Origin: an uncultured Acidobacteriota bacterium
Lineage (GTDB): Bacteria; Acidobacteriota; JAQAZP01
Reading direction: 5' to 3'
NCBI GenBank assembly: GCA_963836075.1
Contig: CAWIIB010000009.1
Coordinates: 3,104,001 to 3,168,000 of the forward strand
DNA length: 64,000 nucleotides
Position numbers and translations under genes: made by a program
The notes under the pieces: generated by a model
What the model was told of the DNA's origin: nothing
What the model saw: the letters and a program-made list of their open reading frames with translations, nothing else
The model's database searches: none
Shown here: piece by piece, positions 30,826 through 42,487 of the stretch
How positions within the stretch are numbered: the stretch's first letter is position 1
Layout of the letters: the number at the start of each line of letters is the position of its first letter

Positions 30826-32388
30826 ATGCCACAGCTGTCTGGTTCGGAGAAGAGTGTGGATAAGGAAACCGGATCGAACACCCTTCTTTTCGTGGATGAC
30901 GAGGTTTTGATCCTCGACTTCCTGGTGGATGCCTTTTCCGGGGATTACCATGTGCTCTGTGCCAGAAGCGGCGTGGAAGCATTGCGGATCCTCGGGGAGC
31001 AGCCGGTGGCGGTGATCATCACCGACCAGCGGATGGCCGGGATGTCCGGTGTTGAACTGCTCTCCATCGTCCAGGAGAAGTTCCCCGAGACGGTTCGCCT
31101 GTTGATGACCGCCCACCGGGATGTGGAGGACGTGATCGAGGCGGTGAACCGCGGGCACATCTACCAGTTCCTGCACAAGCCGCTGAAGGACGTGGAGTTG
31201 CGCCAGGTTCTGGACCAGGCCATCCGCTACCGCCGCCTTTCCCAGGAGAACAGCCTGCTGGCCGACGAGCTGATGCGGGTCAACCGGCAGCTGGAGGGGA
31301 AACTCGAGCACGGTTCGATGCAGCTGGCCAGCAAGAACCGCCAGCTGGAGACGCATCTCCGGCAGACCGAGCGGCTGGCCCAGTTCAGCCACCGGATCAA
31401 CCTGCTGAGCTACAACCGGCTCTTCGGCGTGCTTCACGAGGAACTGCCCATCCTGCTGGACATCGATCTCTTCTCGCTCTTTGAGGTCAAGAGACGGCCG
31501 CTGGAGGGGACGGAGGAGGAGCAGGGCGTTGCCGTCTGCCGGATCCACAACCACCCGATGGGGATCGATGACCTGGAGCACCCGTTGCGGGAGGTGAAAC
31601 CCGGGCTGATGCGGGACGTGATCGACGGCAAGCAGCCGATCATGGTGGAAAGCTTCAGCCGGTCCAACTACCACCGGGGATGGGTGCGGCCCAAGTATCG
31701 TGGCGACTCGTGCTGTACGGTGCCGCTGATGATCGACGGCAACCTGATCGGCGTGCTCAACCTCTCAGGCCGCGAGGACCAGCTGTTCAACGACGAATCG
31801 CTGGCCCTGTTCAATCACGTCGGCGAGAACCTGGCCAGCGCCCTGAGCAACTGCGCCCTGCACCTCAAGACCCAGCAGCTGGCGATCACCGACGGCCTGA
31901 CCAGGCTCTACAACATCGGTCATTTCCTCGAGCGGATGGAGGAAGAGATTTCCCGCGCCCGGCGGTTCTCGGCGCCGCTCTCCTGCATCATGATCGACCT
32001 CGACCACTTCAAGCAGATCAACGACCAGTACGGCCACGACGAGGGCAACCAGGTGCTCAAGCGGGTGGCCCGGATCCTGCTGGCCAGCAAACGCAAGATC
32101 GACCTTCTCGGCCGTTTCGGCGGTGAGGAGTTCATCGTCACCCTTCCCGAAACCGGCCGGATCGGCGCCCTCGAGGTGGCCCGCCGGATGCTGGAGAACA
32201 TCAAGGCTCACAAGTTCCTCTGCCGCGGAAAACACGTTCCGATCACCGCCAGCTTCGGCGTGGCCACCATGAACGGCAAGGCAATCAACCGCGACACCCT
32301 GATCCGTTACGCCGACATGGCCCTCTACCGGGCCAAGGACGAGGGACGTGACCGGATCGTCTACCAGCCCCCGCCTCCGGGCATGTAA
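30826..32388 (+). CDS. Response regulator receiver-GAF-GGDEF diguanylate cyclase
   Basis: LLFVDDE/TDQRM receiver domain; VPLMIDGNLIGVLNL GAF; ITDGLTRLYN, DLDHFKQINDQYGH, RFGGEEF. Confidence 0.92.
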   Translation: MPQLSGSEKSVDKETGSNTLLFVDDEVLILDFLVDAFSGDYHVLCARSGVEALRILGEQPVAVIITDQRMAGMSGVELLSIVQEKFPETVRLLMTAHRDVEDVIEAVNRGHIYQFLHKPLKDVELRQVLDQAIRYRRLSQENSLLADELMRVNRQLEGKLEHGSMQLASKNRQLETHLRQTERLAQFSHRINLLSYNRLFGVLHEELPILLDIDLFSLFEVKRRPLEGTEEEQGVAVCRIHNHPMGIDDLEHPLREVKPGLMRDVIDGKQPIMVESFSRSNYHRGWVRPKYRGDSCCTVPLMIDGNLIGVLNLSGREDQLFNDESLALFNHVGENLASALSNCALHLKTQQLAITDGLTRLYNIGHFLERMEEEISRARRFSAPLSCIMIDLDHFKQINDQYGHDEGNQVLKRVARILLASKRKIDLLGRFGGEEFIVTLPETGRIGALEVARRMLENIKAHKFLCRGKHVPITASFGVATMNGKAINRDTLIRYADMALYRAKDEGRDRIVYQPPPPGM

Positions 32389-32480
32389 CCGGCGGGGGGG
32401 GCATCGCGCTTGCCAATGCGCTGTGGTTGTGCTAAGTAAGTGCGGCACTTTACGTTATCCACTTCTCAACAGGACGGACC

Positions 32481-33800
32481 ATGCCGAATATCGTGGTAAT
32501 CGGAACCCAGTGGGGAGATGAGGGCAAGGGGAAGATCGTCGACCTGCTGGCCAATCATTTCCAGATCATCGCTCGCTTCCAGGGCGGTCACAACGCCGGC
32601 CACACAGTGGTTCATGATGGCAAAACCCACTTCCTGCACCTGATTCCCTCGGGCATGGTCCGCGGCAACCTGCTCTGTGTCATCGGCAACGGGGTGGTGG
32701 TGGACCCGGCAGCCCTGCTCAGCGAGATCGAGCGGCTGAAAAAGTCCGGGATCGACGTGGGGAACAACCTCAAGATCAGCGAGCGCTGCCAGGTGATCTT
32801 CCCCTACCACGGGGCCAAGGACTCGGTGAGCGAGGACGCCGCCGGGGACAAGGTGAAGATCGGCACCACCCGCCGGGGGATCGGGCCGACCTACGAGGGC
32901 AAGGCGGCCAGGACCGGTATCCGCATGGTGGACCTGCTGGAAGAGGATGTGCTGCGCGACCTGGTGGGGCGCAACGTGGAGCGCAACAACCGGATCATGT
33001 CCTGCCTCTATCCCGGACAGGCTGATATACTTGACGCGAAGAAAGTCTTCGAGGAGTACCGCGGGATGGCGCAGAAACTCGAGAAGTACATCTGCGACAC
33101 TTCGCTCTTCCTCCATGACCGGATGGCCGCCGGCGAATCGGTGCTCTTCGAGGGTGCCCAGGGCACCCAGCTTGATGTTGATCACGGCACCTTCCCCTTT
33201 GTCACCTCGTCCAACACGGTGGCCTCCGGGGTCGGTTCGGGCTGCGGCGTGGGACCCACCAGGATCGACGGGGTGATGGGGGTGATCAAGGCCTACAGCA
33301 CCCGGGTGGGCGAGGGGCCGTTCCCCACCGAGCAGGATAACGAGGACGGGGCGCTGATCCGCGAGCGGGGCGGTGAGTTCGGCACCACCACCGGCCGGCC
33401 CCGGCGCTGCGGCTGGTTCGACGTGGTGGTGGGGCGCTACGCCGCCCGGGTCAACGGCCTGGACGTGCTGGCGGTGACCATGCTCGACGTGCTCGACGAG
33501 TTCGAGGAGATCCCGGTCTGCACCGGCTACCGCTACCAGGGCAAGATGATCGCGGATTTTCCGGCCTCCCGCCGGGCCCAGGCCGAGGTGGAGCCCGTCT
33601 GGGAGCGCCTGCCGGGCTGGAACAGCAGCACCCGCGGCATCTCGACCTACGGGGATTTGCCCCAGGCGGCCAGGGACTATCTCGATTTTATTGCCGAGCA
33701 GCTGGGCTGCCCGGTGGGGCTGGCCTCCACCGGACCGGAACGGAACTCCACGGCCCGGGTTCCCGGCACGGTTCTGGACAACTGGTTCGGTAAACTATAA
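32481..33800 (+). CDS. purA: Adenylosuccinate synthetase
   Basis: GTQWGDEGKGKIVD, GGHNAGHT, FEGAQG..LDVDHGTFPFVTSS, TTGRPRRCGW. Confidence 0.99.
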   Translation: MPNIVVIGTQWGDEGKGKIVDLLANHFQIIARFQGGHNAGHTVVHDGKTHFLHLIPSGMVRGNLLCVIGNGVVVDPAALLSEIERLKKSGIDVGNNLKISERCQVIFPYHGAKDSVSEDAAGDKVKIGTTRRGIGPTYEGKAARTGIRMVDLLEEDVLRDLVGRNVERNNRIMSCLYPGQADILDAKKVFEEYRGMAQKLEKYICDTSLFLHDRMAAGESVLFEGAQGTQLDVDHGTFPFVTSSNTVASGVGSGCGVGPTRIDGVMGVIKAYSTRVGEGPFPTEQDNEDGALIRERGGEFGTTTGRPRRCGWFDVVVGRYAARVNGLDVLAVTMLDVLDEFEEIPVCTGYRYQGKMIADFPASRRAQAEVEPVWERLPGWNSSTRGISTYGDLPQAARDYLDFIAEQLGCPVGLASTGPERNSTARVPGTVLDNWFGKL

Positions 33801-33804
33801 TTGG

Positions 33805-33834
33805 TTGACAGCACTGAAAAACGGCCCTTATAAT
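33805..33834 (+). promoter_or_regulatory. Consensus sigma70 promoter of the tRNA-Lys/Glu pair
   Basis: TTGACA-N18-TATAAT. Confidence 0.85.
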
Positions 33835-33851
33835 GTGCGCTCTTTCTGGGA

Positions 33852-33927
33852 GGGCCGTTAACTCAGTTGGTAGAGTATCTGCCTTTTAAGCAGAGAGTCG
33901 CTGGTTCGAGTCCAGCACGGCTCACCA
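33852..33927 (+). tRNA. tRNA-Lys(TTT)
   Basis: Cloverleaf, anticodon arm TCTGC-CTTTTAA-GCAGA, GTTCGAG, CCA end. Confidence 0.97.
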
Positions 33928-33968
33928 ACCTCACCGGCCGTTCCGGTGAGTGAAAAATTTACACCTGC

Positions 33969-34045
33969 GACCCCATCGTCTAGTCAGGTCAGGACACCGG
34001 CCTTTCACGCCGGCAGCACGGGTTCAAATCCCGTTGGGGTCGCCA
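33969..34045 (+). tRNA. tRNA-Glu(TTC)
   Basis: GACCCCA/TGGGGTC acceptor stem, CCGGC-CTTTCAC-GCCGG anticodon arm, CCA end. Confidence 0.96.
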
Positions 34046-34062
34046 TTTTTTTGTACGCGTGC

Positions 34063-34086
34063 CGGGAACCGGAATCCCGGTTCCCG
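34063..34086. terminator. Hairpin between the tRNAs and the convergent FG-GAP gene
   Basis: CGGGAACCGG-AATC-CCGGTTCCCG perfect 10-bp stem. Confidence 0.55.
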
Positions 34087-34130
34087 TTTCGCTGTTGTGG
34101 ATAGCTGTCCCTGGTCGGCGGTGGCAACGT

Positions 34131-35639
34131 TCAGGGTATTTGCGCGTAGATGATGACGCTGGACTCAGCCCCGTAGCCGGATGCCGGGAATGGCGGCTGG
34201 TTCCAGGGGGCCGGGGTCACATCCTCGACGACCAGTGTGAACATGTTCTTCCCGATCAGTGATCCCAGGGGCGGGATCCTGTAATGCCAGGACGTTGTGG
34301 TGTGGCCGCCGCCGACGATGTTCTGATATCCGGCTTTCCAGTTGTCAATCTTGTACCCCTTGGCCAGCTGCACCTCGATCCGGGCCGCCACCCGCCGCGT
34401 TTGATCGGGAACCCTGTTCAACAGACTCACCGACATGCTGGTCATAAAAGGTACGGTGCCCGAGGTGGGCACGCAGGAATATTCGCTAAACAGGGTTACC
34501 GGCAACCCACGATTGATCAGCACCGCAATATTATCTTCACCGAAACTTGCGGCCGCCAGATCCTGGCTGCCGTCGCCGTCCAGGTCACCAATGGCGACGG
34601 ATTTCCCCTGTCCAGAGGTATCGACCCAGAGAGGCGGCAGGAACGTCCCATTGCCGTTGCCCAAAAGCACCGCAGTGGTGCCAGGATTTGAGTAGCCCTG
34701 GCCGGTGGTGACCAGATCCGGGATGCCGTCTCCATCCAGGTCTCCGATGGCCACCGACTCAGGCCAGCCGCTATATCCGTAACTGATGGCCTCCTGGAGA
34801 GTGCCGTCGCCGTTGCCCAGCAGTACCGATACACTGACGATATTCCCATCAACGGACGTTGCCAGATCCGGAAAGCCGTCTCCATTCAGGTCGCCAATGG
34901 CGACATCATTATATCCATCATCCCCGACTGAGTAGGCGACGGCGGCCTGGAAGGTGGCGTCTCCGTTGCCCAGCAGGACGAATACTCTCTCATCGTCATC
35001 AACCCAGTAAGACCCCACCACAAGGTCCGGGGCGCTGTCCTGATCGAGGTCGCCGATGGCGATTGAAGTACAAGCGACATCAAGCACCTGCCCCGTACCG
35101 AGTTGGAAAGTGCCGTCGCCATTGCCAATCAGCACAAAAACGCTTTTGCTGTCATACGTGCATACGGCAATGTCCGTGTCACCGTCGCCGTCCAGGTCGC
35201 CGGTGACGACGTCGCTTGCGCCACCGACCCAGTAGTTGACGCATGCCTGGAAGGTGCCGTCACCGTTGCCCAGCAGCACCGAAACATCTTCACTGCCGGG
35301 ATTAGCCGTTACCAGGTCTGGAACCCCATCGCCGTTCAGCTCATCAACCGCAATCGCATTCGGAAACTCACCAGTCCCGTAATCCACTGCAGCCTGAAAC
35401 GTGCCGTCACCGTTGCCCAGCAGCACCGAGACATTGTCAATCCAGCCAACACAGGTCGCTGCGAGGTCCGGGTGGCCGTCGCCGTTCAGATCGGCGATGG
35501 CCACGTCAGTGGGACGTTCAACGATTACGTCATACTCCACGGCTGGTTCGAACAGCTGAGCTTCCGCAGTCGCTGAGGGATAGATGCAGAGCGCTACCAG
35601 CAGTGCGATGATGACAAGACTGATGTTTCGGTTTCTCAT
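34131..35639 (-). CDS. Secreted FG-GAP/VCBS repeat protein with CTD-B
   Basis: Signal peptide ..AEAQLF; DLNGDG..DL...GNGDGTF repeats; EDVTPAPWNQPPFP tail. Confidence 0.88.
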   Translation of the reverse strand: MRNRNISLVIIALLVALCIYPSATAEAQLFEPAVEYDVIVERPTDVAIADLNGDGHPDLAATCVGWIDNVSVLLGNGDGTFQAAVDYGTGEFPNAIAVDELNGDGVPDLVTANPGSEDVSVLLGNGDGTFQACVNYWVGGASDVVTGDLDGDGDTDIAVCTYDSKSVFVLIGNGDGTFQLGTGQVLDVACTSIAIGDLDQDSAPDLVVGSYWVDDDERVFVLLGNGDATFQAAVAYSVGDDGYNDVAIGDLNGDGFPDLATSVDGNIVSVSVLLGNGDGTLQEAISYGYSGWPESVAIGDLDGDGIPDLVTTGQGYSNPGTTAVLLGNGNGTFLPPLWVDTSGQGKSVAIGDLDGDGSQDLAAASFGEDNIAVLINRGLPVTLFSEYSCVPTSGTVPFMTSMSVSLLNRVPDQTRRVAARIEVQLAKGYKIDNWKAGYQNIVGGGHTTTSWHYRIPPLGSLIGKNMFTLVVEDVTPAPWNQPPFPASGYGAESSVIIYAQIP

Positions 35640-35705
35640 GATTTATCTCCAAAATGACTATTCGTATGAATACAGCGGCACATCTTTCCTGTTCAGCGGC
35701 AATGC

Positions 35706-37209
35706 TCAGGGCCGTACCGCGATGATGGTGCAGCCATTGATATCCCTGTAGCCGGATACCGGGTATGGCGGCTGGTTCCAGGGGGCCGGGGTCACATCCT
35801 CGGCAACCAGGGTGAATCGGTTGCGCCCGATCAGTGATCCCAGGGCCGGAATGGTCTGATCCCAGGTCCACCTGGTCTCAGCGTCGCCGACGATGTTTGT
35901 ATATCCGGACCTCCAGTTGGCGATGAATTCCCCATTGGCCAGGTTAAAATGAATCCTGGTCGCCACACGGCGGGTTTGATCGGAAACCCTGTTCAACAGG
36001 GTCATTGACATGCGGGTGTCAAAGGGCATGGTGCCGTGCATCGGCACGCAGGAGAAATCGGTGATAAACAGCGTAATGCCAGGCTCCCGCCTGTTGATCA
36101 GCACCGAAATACGAGGGTCCTGGACATTTGTCACCACCGCATCCGGGCCGCCGTCGTTGTTCAGGTCACCCACGGTTGCAGATCCCACCCTTAAACCGGT
36201 TTCATGATAGATTGGCGGCAGAAAAGTCCCGTCACCGTCCCCCAGCATCACCGAAACGGTGTTGCCATAGAAATGATCCACACCATACCGGTTGGCCGTG
36301 ACGAGATCCGGAATGGAGTCCCCATCATGGTCCGCGATGGCCACTGAATACGGATAGCCCACAACGTCGTAGGTCGTGGGTTCCTGGAACGTGCCGTCCC
36401 CGTTGCCCAGGGATACGAGGACGCATTCATTGACGCTGTTGGCGGTGACCAGATCCGGAATGCCGTCGCCATTCAGGTCGTCAGTGGCGATTGAAGCTAT
36501 GCCGTAAACAACCGAGTAGATAATTGCACTCCGGAAGGTGGCATCGCCGTTACCCAGCAAAATCCTGACCTGGCCCAGATATGAACTCACCGCCAGGTCC
36601 GCATGGCCATCACCGTCAAAGTCGTTCCATGACGATTCTGCTGGGGCTGTCCATCGTCCAGTAATTCACCGCGGCCTGGAAGGTGCCGTCCCCGTTGCCC
36701 AGCAGCACTGAGATATTGTTGTGCCCCTCATTGACCACGGCCAGATCCGGGATACTATCACCGTCCAGGTCACCGATGGCCACATCCTTGGGATAGTCAC
36801 CGACTCTGTAGCGGACTTCGGTCTGGAAGGTGCCGTCTCCGTTGCCCAGCCAGACCGAGATCTTGTCACTGAGTTTATTCACTATGATAAGGTCCGGAAT
36901 GCCATCACCGTTCAGATCACCCACCGCAACCTTTTCGGGTTGAAGCCCAGCAGAATACTCCATGGCAGTCTGGAAGGTGCCGTCTCCGTTGCCTAACAGC
37001 ACCGAAATACGGGAGGTGTAAAAACCACTGGCGAAGATAAGATCCTGGGCGCCATCGCCATCCAGATCAGCGATGACCGCGGGCCGGACAATTTCCTCGA
37101 TCTCATAGTCCACTCTTGGTTCGTACAGCTCTGCTTTCGTCGTCGCTGAAGGACAAATACAAAGCGTAACCAGGGCGATGCTGAAAAGACTGATGATTCG
37201 GTAGTTCAT
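35706..37209 (-). CDS. Secreted FG-GAP/VCBS repeat protein with CTD-B (frameshift near 36625)
   Basis: ORFs 36616..37209 and 35706..36590 join through DFDGDGHADLAVSSY; tandem paralog of 34131..35639. Confidence 0.82.
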
Positions 37210-37463
37210 CTTTCATCTCCAAAATGAATATTTGTATGAAAACAGAGGACTATTGTTCGTATTCCTAACGGTCTTATCGGCATGCGGGCCGTACGGGATA
37301 AAATATGTTTCCTGAATGACAATCAAGCCCCAAAACAGTTGTTCGCCAGCACTTGAATATGTGATCCGCAGAAACTATATTGAAAAACATACGTGGCGCA
37401 TCAATGCCATAACATTGGGCAACTCACTAAAAACTTTAAGCAGGTCTCATGGGGGGATTCCAG

Positions 37464-40185
37464 ATGAGGAAAAGTGTACTTTTCATTGCAGGGTTGTTTG
37501 TGCTTGGCATCATGACGGGGCCGGTGCTCGCCTGGTACCCGTCCACGGAAACGGTGGAGCTGGGGACGGCCACCTGGTGAGGGTATTGCCCAAGGGCTGC
37601 TTCAGGGATTGAAGCGAACAGAGGCTGGTTCGACTCGAATGAATTTGTTTCCCTCGCCTATTTCGCCAGTTCGGGAGATCTGGGAAACGACGACGCTACT
37701 GCACGTATCGGCTACTACTCCGTATCCGCCTACCCCACCCTGGTCTGGCACGGCACCGTCCAGTTTTCAGGGGCCAGCGTGGATGACGCCACCGGTATGC
37801 CCTATCGGGCCAGAATCCTGAGCCAGATGGGCAGACCGTCCGCCTTCAAAATCACCGTCAACTCCGTCAGCCTGACGGCGCCCACCGGCTCCATCGATCT
37901 CGACATCGAGGTGATGGAGGGCGGGGTGGACATCAGCAACATGTTCCTGCGGATCGCCATCACCGAGGACGCTGTCACTTCCGGCGCGGAGGATTTCGAC
38001 GATGTCACCCGCGGCATGGTGGACGACGTGGCCGTCACGGTGAGCAGTCTGGGAGAGATCCAGAACGTGGTTCGCAGCTTCCCCTTCGATGCGGGCTGGG
38101 TTGCGGGAAATACCGAAGTCATCGCCTTTCTCCAGGACGACACCGACAAGAGGATTCATGCCGCCGCGTCCTCCCTGCCCAAGCCGGACTACAGCCTGGG
38201 GTTTTACTACCTCGGTGAACGCCAGCAGATCGGACCGGCGAAAGGGGAACACCACTTCGATAATTTTGCCGTCTTCAACATGGGGGAGATGACCGATACC
38301 TTCACCGTCGACCTGACCGGTCACATCCCCGATGACTGGGTGGTGGAGATCTGTGACGATGTGGACTGCTACGGCTCGACTTACTCCCAGCAGCTGGCTC
38401 CCGGCGAATCGATGGAGCTGCACATCAAGGTCGAGCCTGGATCGAGCGGGTACGCGGCGATCTCGGTGGATATGAGCCAGGCCAGCCTGATGCACAAGTT
38501 CCCCCGCAACATCGACTACATCTACAACACGGATGACCTGGATGTGCTGCTGGTGGACGATGACGGCGGGGAGACATACGAGGACTATTTCATCGATGCG
38601 CTGGAGCAGAGCGGATACACTTTCGGCTTACTGAAGCGCCTGGAGGGCGGTTTGCCGGCCGGCGCCATCGACAACTTCCCGATGGTCGTCTGGAACGTCG
38701 GCTGGTCCTTCCCGACCCTCGATGCGCAGGACCGGGAGTCGTTGGGCGCCTTCCTCGACGCCGGCGGCTCGCTGTTCATCAGCGGCCAGGACATCGGTTA
38801 CGATCTGAACGACCAGGGTGCGGAAGCCTACCAGTGGTACCAGGACTATCTCCACGCGATCTACGTCTCGGACGACACCAACGATTACACGCTCGACGGC
38901 GTGGCCGGCGACCCGGTCTCCGGCGGAATCGACCTCGTCATCCAGGGCGGGGATGGTGCGGACAACCAGGAATATCCCAGCGATATCGATCCGGCGGATG
39001 GATCCACGGCGGTCATCTGGAGTTACGATGCGGACCGCAATGGCGCGGTGCGTGCCGACACCGGAACACACCGGGTGATCTACCTCGCCTTCGGTTTCGA
39101 GGGGATCGACAACGCCGACGACCGTCGTGCCGTCATGCAGAGCAGTATCACCTGGCTCGATCCCGAGAGCGAATCTGCGTCCAAACGTCTGCTGACCGGT
39201 CCCGGGCCCGGGTTCGACAACCCGCCGCAGGTCAGGGTGTTTCCCCCGGAGCAGGATGCGGCGGCACTCTACGATTTCCCCGCGTACGGAGCCTCCAGTT
39301 ACGGGGTAAACGTGGCCTGCGGCAATGTCACCGGCAGCGGGCTGGATACGATCATCACCGGCGCCGGCCCGGGGGACATCTACGGCCCCCATGTCCGGGG
39401 CTTCTCCGTCGACGGCACGCCGCTGTCCGCGCTCAATTTCCTGGCCTACGGCACGAACAAGTATGGCGTCAACGTGGCGGCGGGTGATATCGACGCCGAC
39501 GGGTACGACGAGATCATCACCGGTGCCGGTCCGGGCGCCGTTTTCGGCCCCCACGTCCGCGGCTGGGACCATGACGGCGGGTCGGGAGTCACCTCGATCG
39601 GAGGGGTGAACTACTTCGCCTACGGTACGCCGAAGTGGGGGGTCAATGTGGCGTGCGGTGACATCGACGGTGACGGCTACGACGAGATCGTCACCGGTGC
39701 CGGACCCGGCGCGGTGTACGGCCCGCACGTCCGCGGCTGGAACGTGGACGGCGGCACCGCCGCCTCGATCCCCGCGGTGAGCTTCTTCGGCTACGGCACG
39801 CTGAAGTACGGCGTGAACGTCACCTGCGGCGACCTGGACGGCGACGGCATCGACGAGATCGTCACCGGCGCGGGGCCGGGAGCGGTTTTCGGCCCCCACG
39901 TTCGCGGCTGGAACTATGACGGCGGCACGGTGGTGTCGATGACCGGGATCAACTTCTTCGCCTGGGACCCGGACGATGCGCGTTTCGGGGCCAGGGTTTT
40001 CGCCGGCGCCGATCTGAACAACGACGGCACGGGATGAGCTGGTTGTGGGGTGCGGACCCGATCCCGATCTGGGCACACCGGTCAAGGTCTATCTCTATGA
40101 CGGAGCAGTTTTGACCGATTGGTTCTCCCTGACCGCCTACACGGACCTGACCCACGGGACCAGTGTCTCGGCTGGAGGGTTCTAG
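37464..40185 (+). CDS. Putative secreted selenoprotein: Omp28/thioredoxin-like UxxC domain + middle domains + CTD-A (UGA 37578-37580; frameshift near 40030)
   Basis: MRKSVLFIAGLFVLGIMTGPVLAWYPSTETVELGTATW-U-GYCP...YPTLVW, in frame with ORF 37779..40037; hairpin GCTTCA-GGGAT-TGAAGC at 37599-37615; tail DELVVGCGPDP...SAGGF* in a shifted frame. Confidence 0.82.
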
Positions 40186-40363
40186 AAGCGGTTCCAGGAT
40201 CAAGTGGCAGTGCGGGAGTCAGCCCGGGAACAGCCTTCCCGGGCGCTCCCGGCCGTTGCGGGTGTCGATGCCCATACGGTTTGCCCGGGCAACTCCAGTT
40301 CTTTCAGCCATTCCTCGATCTGGTTCCAACCGGGAACCACGTGGGTCGCATTTTATTTCGGAT

Positions 40364-42472
40364 TCAGAACCTGCCCGCCGCCACGTTGGTTCCATGGGTC
40401 ATCTCGGGGAATGCCTCCAGTGAGATCCACTGGGTCACCGCTATCCCATCGTAGGTAAAGACCTTCACCTCGGTATCGGCCGTGGGATCAGGACCACGGC
40501 CGGCCACAAGCTCATCTCGGCCATTACCGTTCAGGTCGGCTCCGGCGAAGACATTGACCCCGTAGCTCTGTGATCCGGTCAGCCAGGCGAAGAAGCTGAA
40601 ACCGGGCAGGGGGGTGACGGAGGTGTCGTCAAAGTCCCAGCCGCGGACGTGGGGGCCGAAGACCGCCCCCGGACCGGCACCGGTGACGATCTCGTCGATG
40701 CCGTCGCCGTCCACGTCGCCACAGCTGACGTTGACGCCATACTTCAGGGTGCCGTAGGCAAAGAAGCTGACACCGGTGATCGACGAGACTGTCGGGTTGC
40801 CGTCGACGTTCCAGCCGCGGACGTGGGGGCCGTACACTGCTCCGGGGCCAGCTCCCGAGACGATCTCGTCAAAGCCGTCACCATCGATATCACCGGCTGA
40901 AACATTCACGCCCCATTTGGGCGTGCCGTAGGCAAAGTAGCTGACCCCCGGGTATGGCGCAACTCCCGAAGTGCCGTTGAAGGTCCATGCACGGACGTGG
41001 GGACCGAATACCGCACCCGGGCCGGCACCGGTGATGATCTCGTCGGTTCCGTCGCCGTCCAGGTCGCCGGCGGTCACGTTCGCACCGTATTTGTTCGTGC
41101 CGTAGGCGAGGAAACTGAGGCCGGGTATGGTGCTGCCATCCTTGTTGAAACCCCTCACATGGGGGCCATAGATGTCGCCAGGTCCGGGCCCGGTGAGGAT
41201 CTCGTCGAGCCGGTCGCCGTCAATGTCACCACAACTTACGTTGACCCCGTAATGATCCGGCCCATACGCCTGGAACTGGTATTCATGCGCTGCATGGTGC
41301 TCTGTGGGGAACACCCGCACGTGGGGAGGATTATCGTATGCCGGACCGGTGCAGGTTACGAGAAAATATACTGGAAGGGGATAATGGGACCCCATATCCA
41401 CAACCCCGGCATCCTCAACGAAATCGGTGCGCGTTGTTCCCTCCACCATGTCGCTCAGCGGATCACCCGTATCGATGCACGGACTGTTTTCGGCCTGACC
41501 TGCAGCGAGATGGCTCAGGCAGTACTCCCCCAAAGGACCGCTGACGAACAGCGGGTCGATATCGATGTTGCCTTCTCCGGACCAGCCGTTCTGGATGTCG
41601 GAAAAGGTGACAACCCCCGTTCCGCCGGAGGCAAACCTCAACTGGTCCCAGGCGTTGCCCCAGACTATCGAGTTTTCAATCAATACCGTCGAGTTGGAGC
41701 TGTAGATCCCGCCAGTGTTGGTGTTCGTGTTGTTCGACGCGACGGTGCAGTTGGTCATGGCCAGTGTGGAGGTAAAATAACAGGCGATTCCACCGCCGCT
41801 CCTGTCGGAGAAATTCCCCGCGATCACATTGTTGAGGACGGTCAGTGAACTGCTGAAATCACAGAAGATGCCGCCACCGTTATTCTCCGCCGTGTTTCCC
41901 GAAATGGTGTTATTGCGTATGGTCGCTTCAGACTCCCTGCAGGAGATACCTCCACCCCAGTTTGCCGAATTGGCCGTAATCGTGTTCCCGTCGATCACTG
42001 CCGAGGAGTTGAAACAGCAGATTCCACCGCCATAAAAGTCACAACTATTTCCGGTAATGAGATTGTCTTTGATGGTGGGGGAGGCCTGGTTACAGAAGAT
42101 GGCGCCCCCGTGAGTCGAGGGTCCGGCTTCACCGTTCCGAATCGTGAATCCCTGGACCACCGATTTTTCATCTTCGCCACTGTGGAAGTAGAACCCTCTG
42201 TGTTCGGCAGCCACACTTCCCTGGCAATCGACGATGCAGTTGGCCGCACCATTTTCAGACCGGACCTTGATCGCCTTTCCGTGGAAGTCGATGTCCCGGT
42301 TGCCTTCACCGCTGTAAGTGCCATCAGCCACCAGCACCGTGTCGCCGTCCAGGGCGGCGTCGATGCCGGCCTGGATGGTGGGCTGGTCAGCCGGGACATG
42401 GATGGTGGCGGCAGGGAGGGGAAGGGACAGAAAGAGGCCCAGGGCGATGAACAGCGTTGTGGGGAATCTCAT
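40364..42472 (-). CDS. Secreted beta-helix protein with CTD-A
   Basis: Signal peptide, IHVPADQPTIQAGIDAA, GTTRTD..DMGSHY, GAGPG repeats, ends AAGRF. Confidence 0.88.
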   Translation of the reverse strand: MRFPTTLFIALGLFLSLPLPAATIHVPADQPTIQAGIDAALDGDTVLVADGTYSGEGNRDIDFHGKAIKVRSENGAANCIVDCQGSVAAEHRGFYFHSGEDEKSVVQGFTIRNGEAGPSTHGGAIFCNQASPTIKDNLITGNSCDFYGGGICCFNSSAVIDGNTITANSANWGGGISCRESEATIRNNTISGNTAENNGGGIFCDFSSSLTVLNNVIAGNFSDRSGGGIACYFTSTLAMTNCTVASNNTNTNTGGIYSSNSTVLIENSIVWGNAWDQLRFASGGTGVVTFSDIQNGWSGEGNIDIDPLFVSGPLGEYCLSHLAAGQAENSPCIDTGDPLSDMVEGTTRTDFVEDAGVVDMGSHYPLPVYFLVTCTGPAYDNPPHVRVFPTEHHAAHEYQFQAYGPDHYGVNVSCGDIDGDRLDEILTGPGPGDIYGPHVRGFNKDGSTIPGLSFLAYGTNKYGANVTAGDLDGDGTDEIITGAGPGAVFGPHVRAWTFNGTSGVAPYPGVSYFAYGTPKWGVNVSAGDIDGDGFDEIVSGAGPGAVYGPHVRGWNVDGNPTVSSITGVSFFAYGTLKYGVNVSCGDVDGDGIDEIVTGAGPGAVFGPHVRGWDFDDTSVTPLPGFSFFAWLTGSQSYGVNVFAGADLNGNGRDELVAGRGPDPTADTEVKVFTYDGIAVTQWISLEAFPEMTHGTNVAAGRF

Positions 42473-42487
42473 GAAATCCGCCTTTCA

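Noticed and set aside
36616-36618. TGA between the two FG-GAP ORFs as a recoded codon
   Set aside because: The downstream ORF is in another frame; explained by a 1-nt indel
40035-40037. TGA ending ORF 37779..40037 as a second Sec codon
   Set aside because: Homology to CTD-A continues in a different frame, so this is a frameshift and not read-through
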